Notes under the pieces: generated by a model
Database searches by the model: none
Told to the model about the DNA's origin: nothing
The model's input: only the letters and a program-made list of their open reading frames with translations
NCBI GenBank assembly: GCA_040373885.1
Contig: JBEIVL010000001.1
Location: 14,780 to 78,779 of the forward strand
Reading direction: 5' to 3'
From: Aphanothece sp.
GTDB lineage: Bacteria > Cyanobacteriota > Cyanobacteriia > PCC-6307 > Cyanobiaceae
DNA length: 64,000 nucleotides
Made by a program: the position numbers and the translations under genes
Shown: positions 20,023 to 29,921 of the stretch, piece after piece
Layout: the number at the start of each line of letters is the position of its first letter
How positions within the stretch are numbered: the stretch's first letter is position 1

Positions 20023-21222
20023 TCAAGAGCTTGCCAACCGTTGCATTTTCTGGCCTGCAAGCCGCTGGTGCAGGCGGCGCAACAGGGGGGGAATCTCGGC
20101 GGCCCAGGGACTGGACCCCAGCACGGACAGGAGTTCGGCTTCAGTCACCTCCCGGTCCAGGGCGTGGGCGTTGGCACCCGGAAACCAGTGATCTCCTTGA
20201 CCCAGCAGGCCGTAGCGCGCCCGGCAGAACCCCTCCATCTGCCAGGCTTCAAGCAGGTTGTTCAGCCAGAGCAGCACCGGAAGATTGATCCCCCCGGGGG
20301 TTTGCTGCCAAGGGGGCAGGCCCTGCTCCCAGGTCTGCAGCCAGGCGGCTCCGAGGGCCTCGATCCGTGCCGCTTCCAGTCGGGCCAGCACGGGCGGCAC
20401 CAGTTCGTGGGCCTTGGGCAGCAGAGCCACCGCCTCGAGATGGAGCGCAAGATCCTCCGGCCTAGCGGCCCCCAGGCTCATGGTGTGCACGCCCGGGGCG
20501 CTGAGGCAGAAAAGGTCGTTGAAGACGATCGGATGGAGGGGGGCGCAGAGATCAAGCAGGCGCTGCGAGGGGGTGTGCAGATGGCCGCCTTTGTCGGTGG
20601 GACTGATCAGGAACACCCCCATGTCATGGGCGGTGGCGGCGGCGATGGCGGCGGCATTGTCCTGACGGATCCAATACCAATGGAGGTTGATGTAATCAAA
20701 ACCATCGCTCTCAATCGCATCCAAAATCAGATCGAGCGGAGCATGGGTCGAGAAACCGACGTGGCCGACGCGGCCTTGCGCCTGCCAGCGACGCACCACA
20801 TCAAGGCAGCCCCCGGGCCGCAGGGTGTGCTCCAGCAGGCTGGCGGTGTTGATGCCATGCAGGCTGAGCAGGTCGACCCGGGAGACGGCCAGCCGGTCAA
20901 AACTCAGACGCAGTTCCGCCTCGAAGGCGTCCGTGTCGGCCTGGGGGGCGACTTTGGTCTGCAGGATGCGGCGCGAGTCGCTCACCTGGGGCAGCAGTTC
21001 GCCGAGCTGGCGCTCGGAGCTCCCATAGCCCCGGGCCGTCTCAATGTGATGCAAACCAACTGCTCTGGCCGCCTCCAGAATCGCCTTGAGATTGGCCTGG
21101 CTCTGGGCATCGATCTGGTTGGGCCCAACATCTGACCAACTCTGCTGAAAGCGCATGCCGCCCAGGGAAAGCAGCGGCATGGGCAGGTTGGTGCGTCCGA
21201 ACCGCCGGGTCGGAACGATCAT
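20023..21222 (-). CDS. Aldo/keto reductase
   Basis: RRFGRT...LSLGGMR, HIETARGYGSSE, VGFSTH, INLHWY. Confidence 0.88.
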   Translation of the reverse strand: MIVPTRRFGRTNLPMPLLSLGGMRFQQSWSDVGPNQIDAQSQANLKAILEAARAVGLHHIETARGYGSSERQLGELLPQVSDSRRILQTKVAPQADTDAFEAELRLSFDRLAVSRVDLLSLHGINTASLLEHTLRPGGCLDVVRRWQAQGRVGHVGFSTHAPLDLILDAIESDGFDYINLHWYWIRQDNAAAIAAATAHDMGVFLISPTDKGGHLHTPSQRLLDLCAPLHPIVFNDLFCLSAPGVHTMSLGAARPEDLALHLEAVALLPKAHELVPPVLARLEAARIEALGAAWLQTWEQGLPPWQQTPGGINLPVLLWLNNLLEAWQMEGFCRARYGLLGQGDHWFPGANAHALDREVTEAELLSVLGSSPWAAEIPPLLRRLHQRLAGQKMQRLASS

Positions 21223-21617
21223 GGGCCGGGGGCCGGGGACCTGGGCAGTGTGCGGCGGGGACGGGCAGGGGAGGGAACGCCCAGGGGCAGGATCTCCTGC
21301 TCATCGAGGCGACGCTCCAGGCCCGGCAGTTCTTCGTAAGCAACCCAGTGAATGCAGTCCACTGGGCAGGTGTCGATCGCTTCCTGGATGATCTCGGTGC
21401 TGTCGCCATCCTGGCGAATGGCCCGGGATCGGCCCCAGTTGGATTCGATCACAAATGTATGGGCGGCCACATGGGCGCAGTATCGACAGCCAATGCATAC
21501 GGCTTGGTCCACCCAGACGGCTTTTTGTCGAAGCTCACCGCCAAGCAAGGGCTCCATCCCAGTGGGGGCCTCAAGCTTGAGGGCTGACGTCCTGAAAGCG
21601 ACCGCCGGATCGATCAT
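21219..21617 (-). CDS. Single-cluster [4Fe-4S]/[3Fe-4S] ferredoxin (Fed7-like)
   Basis: VWVDQAVCIGCRYCAHVA...AIDTCPVDCIHWV. Confidence 0.88.
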   Translation of the reverse strand: MIDPAVAFRTSALKLEAPTGMEPLLGGELRQKAVWVDQAVCIGCRYCAHVAAHTFVIESNWGRSRAIRQDGDSTEIIQEAIDTCPVDCIHWVAYEELPGLERRLDEQEILPLGVPSPARPRRTLPRSPAPGP

Positions 21618-21682
21618 CGGTAGACCCTCATCGATCGATTCGTACTAAACAAGAGGCATTGATCGCCATGGGCCCTGAGGCA

Positions 21683-22075
21683 TCAGCCGTCCCAACGGGT
21701 GACCACGACTTCAATGCTGCCGTCGAGGTGCTCGGTCTGTTGGCTCACCTGAAATCCTTCTTCAGCGCTGGCACTGAGGATGGTGCGCAAGGCGTAGCGC
21801 TGGGTGAGGCGGGCCAAGAACCGTTCAATCGGAACAGGCTGGCGCCAGAGATCGAGATCGGCGATGAGTTCGTAGCAGCCGACCTCGGGATTGAAGCGGA
21901 AACCGATATCACCCCCCTCGGCCTGGGGAAGGGCCAGATCGGCGGTCACGGTTTGTCCCCGATAGCCCCGTACGGGATGTTGTCCTTCGACAGGCGGATG
22001 GCCGAGATCGGTAAGGGCCTCGATCAAGGCCTGACGATCGCGCAATTCGGTGGTGAGGGTGCTGAAGTGCGACAT
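21683..22075 (-). CDS. ycf35: DUF1257/Ycf35 family protein
   Basis: MSHFSTLTT...VRGYRGQT...DIGFRFN...YELIADL...LTQRYA. Confidence 0.85.
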   Translation of the reverse strand: MSHFSTLTTELRDRQALIEALTDLGHPPVEGQHPVRGYRGQTVTADLALPQAEGGDIGFRFNPEVGCYELIADLDLWRQPVPIERFLARLTQRYALRTILSASAEEGFQVSQQTEHLDGSIEVVVTRWDG

Positions 22076-22102
22076 CGGCTCAAGTAGGGATGGAAGGGAA
22101 AT

Positions 22103-22336
22103 TCAGACGGTGGCGTCCAGAGCCAGACCCTGGAGCTGGTGGTGCTGCTGGCCTAGGGCCTGCGCCTGGATGGCAGGCTCAAAGGCCTCGGCCGTGACCC
22201 GGCGCTGCTCAACGCTCCCGAGACGGGCCTCAAGTCGTTCGGTGAGGGCATGGCAACCGTCACCGGCGATGCCCTCAACGACTTCTTCGACGCGGCCGTC
22301 AGTGCGGATGCGAAAGCGGATGGTGCGCTGGGCCAT
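22103..22336 (-). CDS. DUF2997-like small protein
   Basis: IRFRIRTDGRVEEVVEGIAGDGCHALTERLEARLG. Confidence 0.85.
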   Translation of the reverse strand: MAQRTIRFRIRTDGRVEEVVEGIAGDGCHALTERLEARLGSVEQRRVTAEAFEPAIQAQALGQQHHQLQGLALDATV

Positions 22337-22402
22337 TCCACGGGGGAATGAAGTGGACGGATGCTAACCGGGTTGGCGAGGCTCGGCGCGCCAAGGCGAG
22401 GC

Positions 22403-23215
22403 TCAGATGATCAGTCCTTCGTCGACCAGGGTCTGCAGCTGTTCCAGCACTTCGGGCCGTTCGAGTTGCTCGAGGGCCAGGCGCGCCTCATCCCGCACCC
22501 CCGGATCACTGTCCTGAAGCAAGGTGGTTAAGAGAGCCTCCACCACCTGCTGCTGGCGCGGTTCCACCAGCTCGGGATAAAGGCGACCAAGGGACCAGGC
22601 ACTGTTGCTGCGGACGGCCCCTTCGCTATCGATGCGCAGGGTCTGCAGCAGCTGGGCGGCGGCGGGATCGGCCTTGGCGGCATTGGTGCCACCGGCATCA
22701 GCCAGGGAGCTGGCGGCCCAAAGTCGGACGGCCGCGATGTCCACCTGCAGGGAGCGGATGAGGGGGTTAAGCACCGGCGCCTCGGGGTAGTTGCTGAGAC
22801 TCCAGGCCACGGCCTTGCGCACATAACCGTTGTCATCGCCGCTGAGCAATCCCAGCAGGGGCTCGACGGCCAGGGGGCTGGGGTTGCGGCCGAGGGCGTA
22901 AACGGCGCTCATCCGCAGCATCGGACAGGGGGCTTTCAGCAGGGGAAGCAGCAGGGGCACGGCCCGGGGATCCCGATGCTCGCAAAAGATGCGCAGTCCC
23001 TGCATGCCCTGCTCCTGGTCCCCGCGCAGCAGGGCCAGCCCCAGGTCGCATTCGGCGGCGACCGCTTGGGGATCGGGTTCCTCGGGGTCGATCTCGTCGA
23101 GGGGATCGCCAAGAAACTCCCGGGCCAGTTCACGGGCAAGCACCTCGGGATCAAGGGCCAGCTCGGCGGGACTGTCCGGGAAAGGATCAGGAAAGGGCTG
23201 GGCGTCGACCGGCAT
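22403..23215 (-). CDS. HEAT-repeat (PBS lyase-like) protein
   Basis: Repeated D/E..VR..A.W/YSLG units; start uncertain. Confidence 0.85.
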   Translation of the reverse strand: MPVDAQPFPDPFPDSPAELALDPEVLARELAREFLGDPLDEIDPEEPDPQAVAAECDLGLALLRGDQEQGMQGLRIFCEHRDPRAVPLLLPLLKAPCPMLRMSAVYALGRNPSPLAVEPLLGLLSGDDNGYVRKAVAWSLSNYPEAPVLNPLIRSLQVDIAAVRLWAASSLADAGGTNAAKADPAAAQLLQTLRIDSEGAVRSNSAWSLGRLYPELVEPRQQQVVEALLTTLLQDSDPGVRDEARLALEQLERPEVLEQLQTLVDEGLII

Positions 23216-23286
23216 CAAGCGAATCTCGTGGGGGGATGCTAAAAGCCGATCGGCCCTGCTCTGCATCAAGGTCTTCCGCCGGAAGT

Positions 23287-23412
23287 TCAGTTGAGTGGAG
23301 CCGGGGCCGCCATGTCACCAGGCAGCCAGATGCGAGCGCTCACCGCAAAGAGCGCCAGGCCGAACAGCAGCACAATGGCCAGGGGCACCAGAGCGGAGCG
23401 AAAAAAACCCAT
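23287..23412 (-). CDS. Small (41 aa) single-TM protein, below the ORF-track cutoff
   Basis: Manual translation: MGFFRSALVPLAIVLLFGLALFAVSARIWLPGDMAAPAPLN*. Confidence 0.7.
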   Translation of the reverse strand: MGFFRSALVPLAIVLLFGLALFAVSARIWLPGDMAAPAPLN

Positions 23413-23507
23413 GCTTCAGAACGCGCCAGAAACAATCTCAAGCCACTATCGGCGCTACTGGCTCAATTCGTTGGTGTCCCCGACCAGTTTTGCATCTCAG
23501 ATGGGCC

Positions 23508-23882
23508 TCAGAGAAGGAATTCGCTGGCCCGACCAGCCGTTGGTTGCAGAGGCAACGACAGGGCCTTGCCCAGCCGCGGCCGGTCTCGGGTGCTCTCCAG
23601 CCACTGCCGCACCTCTGAGGCCAGCCCCAGATCGTTGAGGGCGGCGACGACGCGCTCGATCTGGTTGGCGTAGTCCTCGGGGCTAAGGGGAAAGGACTGC
23701 TGCTCCAGGTGGTTCCACATGACCTGGAGATAGAGGCGACCTCGGATCTGCACGAGGCGCAGGTCGTGGCTCGCCTGCCAGCGCTGCACCAGCAGCGCTC
23801 TCACTTCCGAGACGCTGAGGGGGACGCCGGCATCGGCACCTTGGGAATCAGCCAAATTCACTGGTGATAGGTGCGGAGGCAA
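23508..23882 (-). CDS. DUF3067-like protein
   Basis: WQASHDLRL...[17 protein letters not shown]...[12 protein letters not shown]; divergent from petC; start uncertain. Confidence 0.82.
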   Translation of the reverse strand: MPPHLSPVNLADSQGADAGVPLSVSEVRALLVQRWQASHDLRLVQIRGRLYLQVMWNHLEQQSFPLSPEDYANQIERVVAALNDLGLASEVRQWLESTRDRPRLGKALSLPLQPTAGRASEFLL

Positions 23883-24032
23883 CCAACCGGTCTGCCGACT
23901 CCGAGCTCAAGCACTAACTCAAGCACTACGGCTTGTTTCAGGGCCGGAGGGGCCGGGGGGGCGCCGGTCCAGGGCGATGGGGGCAAGGTTCATAATGGCG
24001 CCACGTTGAACCACTCCATCAGAGCGACGCGA

Positions 24033-24581
24033 ATGACCCAGATCCCAGCGCCTTCCCCTTCTGGTGATGTGCCCGACATGGGTCGTCGGCAGTTCATGAA
24101 TCTGCTCACGTTCGGGTCCGTCGCCGGGGTGGCCCTGGGGGCCCTGTACCCGGTGGTCAATTACTTCATTCCCCCCAAAGCCGCCGGCAGTGGTGGGGGC
24201 ACCACCGCCAAGGACGCCGCCGGTAACCCCGTCACCCTGAGCGGTTGGCTCGGGGGCCATAAAGAAGGCGACCGCAGCCTGGTGCAGGGCCTCAAGGGTG
24301 ATCCCACCTATTTGGTCGTCGATGGCCCCGATTCGATCGGCAATTACGGCATCAACGCCATCTGCACTCACCTTGGGTGTGTCGTCCCCTGGAACAACGG
24401 GGCCGGCAAGTTCATGTGCCCCTGCCACGGCAGTCAGTACGACGCCACGGGCAAGGTGGTCCGCGGTCCGGCGCCCCTCTCGCTGGCCCTGGCCCACGTG
24501 ACGGTCGAGAACGACAACGTGTTCGTGAGTCAGTGGACCGAAACCGATTTCAGAACTGGCGAAAAGCCCTGGTGGTCCTGA
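24033..24581 (+). CDS. petC: Cytochrome b6f Rieske iron-sulfur subunit
   Basis: [31 protein letters not shown]. Confidence 0.97.
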   Translation: MTQIPAPSPSGDVPDMGRRQFMNLLTFGSVAGVALGALYPVVNYFIPPKAAGSGGGTTAKDAAGNPVTLSGWLGGHKEGDRSLVQGLKGDPTYLVVDGPDSIGNYGINAICTHLGCVVPWNNGAGKFMCPCHGSQYDATGKVVRGPAPLSLALAHVTVENDNVFVSQWTETDFRTGEKPWWS

Positions 24582-24631
24582 TCCGGGTCCTGCCCGTCCA
24601 TTCCCCGTTTCCCGCCCCCGATCTTCTCGCC

Positions 24632-25618
24632 ATGCGTCGCTTTCCCTCCGCCTCCCGCCTACTTGCTCCGGTCCTGAGGATCGCTGGCTTCCCCCGTCGG
24701 TTCCTTGGCTTGGGCCTTTGTCTGGGCTTGTTGCTGATCGGAGCCACCCCAAGCTGGGCGTATCCATTCTGGGCTCAGCAGAATTACGCCAATCCACGGG
24801 AGGCCACAGGCAAGATCGTTTGCGCCAACTGCCACCTCGCCAAGAAGGCCACCCGGGTGGAAGTTCCCCAGGCCGTCTTCCCCGACACGGTGTTCAAGGC
24901 CGAAGTCGAGGTGCCCTACGACACCTCGGTGCAACAGGTCGCCGGTGACGGCACTCCCACAGGGCTGAATGTGGGAGCGGTTGTGGTGCTGCCCGACGGC
25001 TTCCGCCTGGCACCGCCTGAACGGCTCAGCGACGAATTGAAGGAAGAGACCAAGGGCATTTTCTACACCCAGTACAGCGACACCCAACCGAACATTCTTC
25101 TTGTTGGCCCCATCCCCGGCGACCAACACCAGAAGATCGTCTTCCCAGTGCTTGCACCTGATCCTGCCACCGATGGCAACATTCACTTCGGCAAGTATCA
25201 AATTCATGTGGGCGGCAACCGCGGTCGCGGTCAGGTGACTCCCACCGGTGAAAAGACCAATAACGGTGTCTTCAATGCCTCCGTGGCAGGTACTGTCAAG
25301 TCCATCGAAGAGGTTGAAAAGGGTGCCGTTGAGCTAACGATCAGCACCGCCGATGGCAAAGAGGTCACGGAAACCATCCCGGCCGGTCCCAAGCTGCTGG
25401 TCAAGATCGGTGACAGTTTGGAGGTGGGCTCTGCGCTGACCAACGACCCCAATGTTGGAGGTTTCGGCCAAATTGATACCGAAATTGTGCTTCAGAACCC
25501 GGCTCGCATCTATGGATTGCTCGCTTTCCTGGCTGGCACGGCCCTGACCCAGATCCTGCTTGTACTCAAGAAAAAGCAAGTCGAGAAGGTCCAGGCGGCC
25601 ACCGGCGGAGTGCTCTGA
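24632..25618 (+). CDS. petA: Apocytochrome f
   Basis: [42 protein letters not shown]. Confidence 0.97.
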   Translation: MRRFPSASRLLAPVLRIAGFPRRFLGLGLCLGLLLIGATPSWAYPFWAQQNYANPREATGKIVCANCHLAKKATRVEVPQAVFPDTVFKAEVEVPYDTSVQQVAGDGTPTGLNVGAVVVLPDGFRLAPPERLSDELKEETKGIFYTQYSDTQPNILLVGPIPGDQHQKIVFPVLAPDPATDGNIHFGKYQIHVGGNRGRGQVTPTGEKTNNGVFNASVAGTVKSIEEVEKGAVELTISTADGKEVTETIPAGPKLLVKIGDSLEVGSALTNDPNVGGFGQIDTEIVLQNPARIYGLLAFLAGTALTQILLVLKKKQVEKVQAATGGVL

Positions 25619-25626
25619 GTCCTCCT

Positions 25627-26484
25627 TTGGAATCTCCAGTCGTTTTCACCTCACCGGGGCCCCTGGTTTTCCAGATGGGCCCCATCTCCTTGCGGTGGTA
25701 CGGGTTACTGATCGCGGCGGCCGTTCTTGCGGGTCTGGCACTGGCGACACGCCTGGGCCGCGAACGCCACATTTCCTCCCATTTCCTCAGCGATCTGCTG
25801 CCGGTGATGGTGGTGTCTTCGGTCCTCGGGGCTCGCCTCTATTACGTTCTCTTGGAATGGCGTCAATATCGTCACAATTGGACCGAGGCCTTCGCGGTAT
25901 GGCACGGGGGCATCGCGATCCATGGCGCCCTGATTGGGGGGCTGATCGGCACCATGTGGTTCTGTCGTTGGCGTCGCCAACCCCTCTGGCCGCTCCTGGA
26001 CGTGCTGGCTCCTGCCGTGGCCCTGGGACAAGCGATTGGCCGCTGGGGAAATTTCTTTAATTCCGAGGCCTTTGGCTTGCCGACAAACCTGCCCTGGAAA
26101 TTGACAATTCCCCTGGAAAATCGTCCCGCCGGCTTCATCACCTTCAGCACATTCCATCCAACATTCCTCTATGAATCCCTTTGGGACCTCGGGGTCTGTG
26201 CTCTGCTGCTGACGCTGTTCTTTCGCGCTCTCAAAGGCAAGCTTTCTTTGCCGGCAGGAGCCCTGAGCTGCATCTACCTGATGGCCTACAGCTCGGGCAG
26301 GCTCTGGATCGAGGGTTTGAGGATGGATCCTTTGTGTCTTGGGGCCGAGCCTCCCTTTTGTTCCGGTGGACTTCGCATGGCCCAGTTGATCAGTTTGCTG
26401 TTGATTGCCCTTGGCGCGCTTGGGCTCTGGCATCTTTACGGCCGTCACAAGCCCCTGCCTGATCCCACGGGGATGACCCCATGA
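25627..26484 (+). CDS. lgt: Prolipoprotein diacylglyceryl transferase
   Basis: [42 protein letters not shown]. Confidence 0.96.
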   Translation: MESPVVFTSPGPLVFQMGPISLRWYGLLIAAAVLAGLALATRLGRERHISSHFLSDLLPVMVVSSVLGARLYYVLLEWRQYRHNWTEAFAVWHGGIAIHGALIGGLIGTMWFCRWRRQPLWPLLDVLAPAVALGQAIGRWGNFFNSEAFGLPTNLPWKLTIPLENRPAGFITFSTFHPTFLYESLWDLGVCALLLTLFFRALKGKLSLPAGALSCIYLMAYSSGRLWIEGLRMDPLCLGAEPPFCSGGLRMAQLISLLLIALGALGLWHLYGRHKPLPDPTGMTP

Positions 26485-27248
26485 ATGATCCCCTTGTTCA
26501 GATCGTCGGTGCTGGCCCCGGAGCAGCCGACCTTCTGACGCTGAGAGCCCTGCGGGCGATTGAGCAGGCGCAAGTGCTGGTATGGACTGACTCGCTGGTG
26601 AGCCCGGCCATCGCCGCCCTGGCACCACAGGCCTGCGAACGGATCCGAACCAGCACGCTCACCCTGGAGGAGGTGCTGGAGGTGGTGGTGCAACGGGCCA
26701 AGGCAGGACTGAGGGTGGTGCGGCTCCATGACGGTGACCCTTGTCTCTATGGCGCCCTGGCCGAGCAGGTGTGCCGCCTGGCGGACGAGCATGTGGAGGT
26801 GGAGGTCATCCCTGGACTCAGCGCCTACCAGGCCACTGCGGCGGCGTTGGGTTGTGAACTGACCATTCCCGGCCTCGTGCAGACGATCGTGCTGAGCCGG
26901 GCCGGAGGCCGCACCGGCGTGCCCGAACGGGAGTCTCTGGGCCATCTGGCGGCCCTGGGCGCCTCCCTGTGCCTCTACCTGAGTGCCCGCCATGTCGAAG
27001 AGGTCGAGGCGGAACTGCTGCAGCACTACGACCCTGAAACACCGGTGGCCATCGGCTATCGCGTCAGCTGGCCCGACCAATGGTTGACCATCGTTCCCTT
27101 GCACCAGATGGCCGCTACCAGCCGAGAGCGGCAACTGATCAGAACGACGCTTTACGTGGTGAGCCCTGCCCTGAAACCACCCTCAGCGGCTCGATCGAAG
27201 CTTTATAGCCCCAGCCACCAGCATCTGTTCCGAGGCAGTGCCGGGTAA
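26481..27248 (+). CDS. cobM: Precorrin-4 C11-methyltransferase
   Basis: [37 protein letters not shown]. Confidence 0.93.
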   Translation: MNDPLVQIVGAGPGAADLLTLRALRAIEQAQVLVWTDSLVSPAIAALAPQACERIRTSTLTLEEVLEVVVQRAKAGLRVVRLHDGDPCLYGALAEQVCRLADEHVEVEVIPGLSAYQATAAALGCELTIPGLVQTIVLSRAGGRTGVPERESLGHLAALGASLCLYLSARHVEEVEAELLQHYDPETPVAIGYRVSWPDQWLTIVPLHQMAATSRERQLIRTTLYVVSPALKPPSAARSKLYSPSHQHLFRGSAG

Positions 27249-27452
27249 GCCAGGAGCCATGGCCCCCCGATCTCCAAGCCGGCCCGCCCAGGCCATGGGT
27301 GGTGAGAGAGGGAACCTTCAAACCTCTGCCTGCTAGTGTTAATTAAATATGCGCAATCACCGCAGCGCAGCCTTGAACGCCTTGGTTATCGATGGCTAAT
27401 CAACAAGCTTGATTCCTTGGCCTAATTCCGTCTTACCAACAAATCATCAGCA

Positions 27453-28604
27453 ATGACCAGATTGTCTCCAATGCCTGCCGTTGCTTCGTTGCACCGCTGT
27501 TTGCCTTGGATCCTGGCCACCAGTGCCTGGGCTCTGGCACTCCAGCCAGGGGCGATCGCTGCGCCCCCAGCCACAGCCAAAGTCAAAGCTGTAGCGAGCC
27601 CGCGGGCGGTGGTGATTGTCTCGGGGGGGGATGCGGTGAGTCCCTTCACCACCCCCGATAGGGCCTGCACGATCGGTTTCGCCGCCGGTAACACCGACAC
27701 CGAGCTGCGCCGTTTTCTGCTCATGAAGGGACACCGGGTCTTCACCTCCCCGGCAATGGATGATCGCGGGCCCGTCAAGGAAAACCCGGGGCCCGATCCG
27801 TTAATGGCGTTTGCCGACTGTCCGCCGCCCCTGCCGGCCGCGATGACGGTGAACTCCACCGGCGACATCGACCTAGCGGGGCAGCGGCTGGCCCAGTTCC
27901 TGCTTCATCTCCATCGCAATTACGGCATCCGGGAGGTGGATCTCGTCGGCCATTCCATGGGCGGCCTCTATTCCCGCGCTGCTCTGCCGGCGTTGCGCGA
28001 CATCGGCAGCCCTGTTCGCATCCGATCGCTCATCACAATCGGCACCCCATGGCAAGGGGCGCCGGCGGGTGACTATGTCATCGGTCAACGGTCCCTGGCC
28101 GACTGCTACGGAAACCGCTTCTGCGAATTCACGATGCAGAGCTTCAAACAACTGGCCGATGGACTGGCCTCCGGCTCGGCGCAGCAGGTGAGCACTCGAT
28201 ACCTTCAGGTTCCTCGTCCCAAGGGCGGTGGCTGGAACCTGGCCCAGGTCGGGCAACTCGATGGCATTCCAGTCACGTTGATTGGGGGTTCCTGGTTCAA
28301 GGCACCGAAGGGGGTCAACGCCGACCCTCTTATGTACCCCTGGGATGGCCTCGTTTCCAACGCCAGTGCCCTGGCGGTCAATGTGCCCGACAAAGTCCTG
28401 CCCCATCGCCGTTGCCTCTCACTGCCCCTGATGCACAGCATCTTTGTCTCTGCCAAATACAGCGGCAAAGCGGTGCCCGATCCCCGCGATTTCAACCGCG
28501 CACTCACCTGGAACCCCACGGCCCTCAGCGCCGTCGACACCGACTTGACACAAGCAGACACAGCCCTTTCGACGCCCAACCGCCAGGGATGTCCTGTTCC
28601 CTGA
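27453..28604 (+). CDS. Secreted alpha/beta-hydrolase (lipase/esterase-like)
   Basis: Signal peptide; VDLVGHSMGG nucleophile elbow, ITIGTPWQG, WDGLV, LMH. Confidence 0.78.
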   Translation: MTRLSPMPAVASLHRCLPWILATSAWALALQPGAIAAPPATAKVKAVASPRAVVIVSGGDAVSPFTTPDRACTIGFAAGNTDTELRRFLLMKGHRVFTSPAMDDRGPVKENPGPDPLMAFADCPPPLPAAMTVNSTGDIDLAGQRLAQFLLHLHRNYGIREVDLVGHSMGGLYSRAALPALRDIGSPVRIRSLITIGTPWQGAPAGDYVIGQRSLADCYGNRFCEFTMQSFKQLADGLASGSAQQVSTRYLQVPRPKGGGWNLAQVGQLDGIPVTLIGGSWFKAPKGVNADPLMYPWDGLVSNASALAVNVPDKVLPHRRCLSLPLMHSIFVSAKYSGKAVPDPRDFNRALTWNPTALSAVDTDLTQADTALSTPNRQGCPVP

Positions 28605-28613
28605 TCAACCCTC

Positions 28614-29921
28614 TCAATCGTCGGCGCCGACCTCGGCCAGTCGGAACACATCCTGCTCCCGGTTGTAGCGATACAAGCCGCAACTCCGGGTCCAGCTCAC
28701 CAGGGTTCCAAAGATCGCCGCAGCCTCCGTTCGGGTGAATTGCTCGTTGAGCAGCTCCAGCACGGTGTCGCCTTCAACCTCACCGCGGGGGCTGGCCTCT
28801 AATGCCGCCTGTAAGCGACGAATCAACGGGACATGGGCCACCAACTGGGTCCTGAGCATTTCCTGCTGGCCTTCCTCGCTGGCGGCCCGAAGCTGCTGCC
28901 CTGCCACTGTCAGTCGCAGTTGGCCTTCTTCGACTTCCATCAAGTGCAACAGCTCGCCCGCATCCAGAATCGGCAGGAGTTCGTCCAGCTCAAGCACTAG
29001 GTCATCTGCCAGTTCGGCCAGGCTGGTGCCCCCATCGTCATTCACCGTGGCGATCAGGTCGCCCATCACCCCCAAAGAGACGGGGGGCAGGGCAAGGGAT
29101 GCGGCTGTCGTCGGTGGCTCCAGGGGCAAGGGCCGTTCGCCCACGGGCATGTCCGGATCGGTCATGTAGCGATACAGGCGATCCACCAGGGTGCGGAAGG
29201 CCGGTAGGTCTGAATCCCGGGGCCGGGCTAGGTCGATGGACACCACGCCGCGGATGCGGCCCGGATTGGCACTGAGCAACACCACCCGATCACTCAGCAA
29301 CACCGCCTCCTCGATGCTGTGGGTAACGATCACGATCGAACGGGCCGGGAAACGTCCGCCCGCCCAGAGTTCGTCGATATCTCGCCTCAGATTTTCGGCC
29401 GTGAGAATGTCGAGGGCGCTGAAGGGTTCATCCATCAGCAGCAGGGCTGGTTCCATCACGAAGGCCCTGGCAAAACCCACCCTCTGGCGCATGCCGCCCG
29501 AGAGCTCCCGGGGATAGGCCTCGGCGTTGCCCTCTAGTCCAACCATCGCCAAGGCCTTGAGGGCCCGATGGCGGACTTCGGTTTGCGAAAGTCCTCGGGC
29601 TTCCAGTCCGATTGCTGTATTTTCCTCCACCGTCAGCCAGGGCAGCAGTGCAAAGCTCTGGAAGACGATCGCCACATCGCGATTCACACCGCGCAGGGCA
29701 CGGCCGTAACGACTGATCAGACCCTCTGTGGGGGGCAACAGGCCCGCCATGAGGCGGAGCAAGGTGCTTTTGCCACTGCCGCTGCGACCCAACAGTGCCA
29801 CTACTTCTCCCTCGGCAATGTCGAGATCGATCTCATCAAGCACGGCGACCCGGCTGCGGCCGTCGGCACTGCTGAACAATTTGGCCACATGGCGCAGGCT
29901 CAGGAGCGGATCAGGCGCCAT
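28614..29921 (-). CDS. NitT/TauT-type ABC ATPase with C-terminal AAA-associated domain
   Basis: GRSGSGKST, FQSFALLPW, LSGGMRQRV, MDEPFSALD, extra ~170-aa C-terminal domain. Confidence 0.9.
   Translation of the reverse strand: MAPDPLLSLRHVAKLFSSADGRSRVAVLDEIDLDIAEGEVVALLGRSGSGKSTLLRLMAGLLPPTEGLISRYGRALRGVNRDVAIVFQSFALLPWLTVEENTAIGLEARGLSQTEVRHRALKALAMVGLEGNAEAYPRELSGGMRQRVGFARAFVMEPALLLMDEPFSALDILTAENLRRDIDELWAGGRFPARSIVIVTHSIEEAVLLSDRVVLLSANPGRIRGVVSIDLARPRDSDLPAFRTLVDRLYRYMTDPDMPVGERPLPLEPPTTAASLALPPVSLGVMGDLIATVNDDGGTSLAELADDLVLELDELLPILDAGELLHLMEVEEGQLRLTVAGQQLRAASEEGQQEMLRTQLVAHVPLIRRLQAALEASPRGEVEGDTVLELLNEQFTRTEAAAIFGTLVSWTRSCGLYRYNREQDVFRLAEVGADD

Noticed and set aside
19627-21135. 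502-aa plus-strand ORF and similar long shadow ORFs (e.g. 33446-34501, 51844-53124, 47976-49205)
   Set aside because: Antisense or alternative frames of well-supported genes, expected in high-GC DNA; no recognisable motifs
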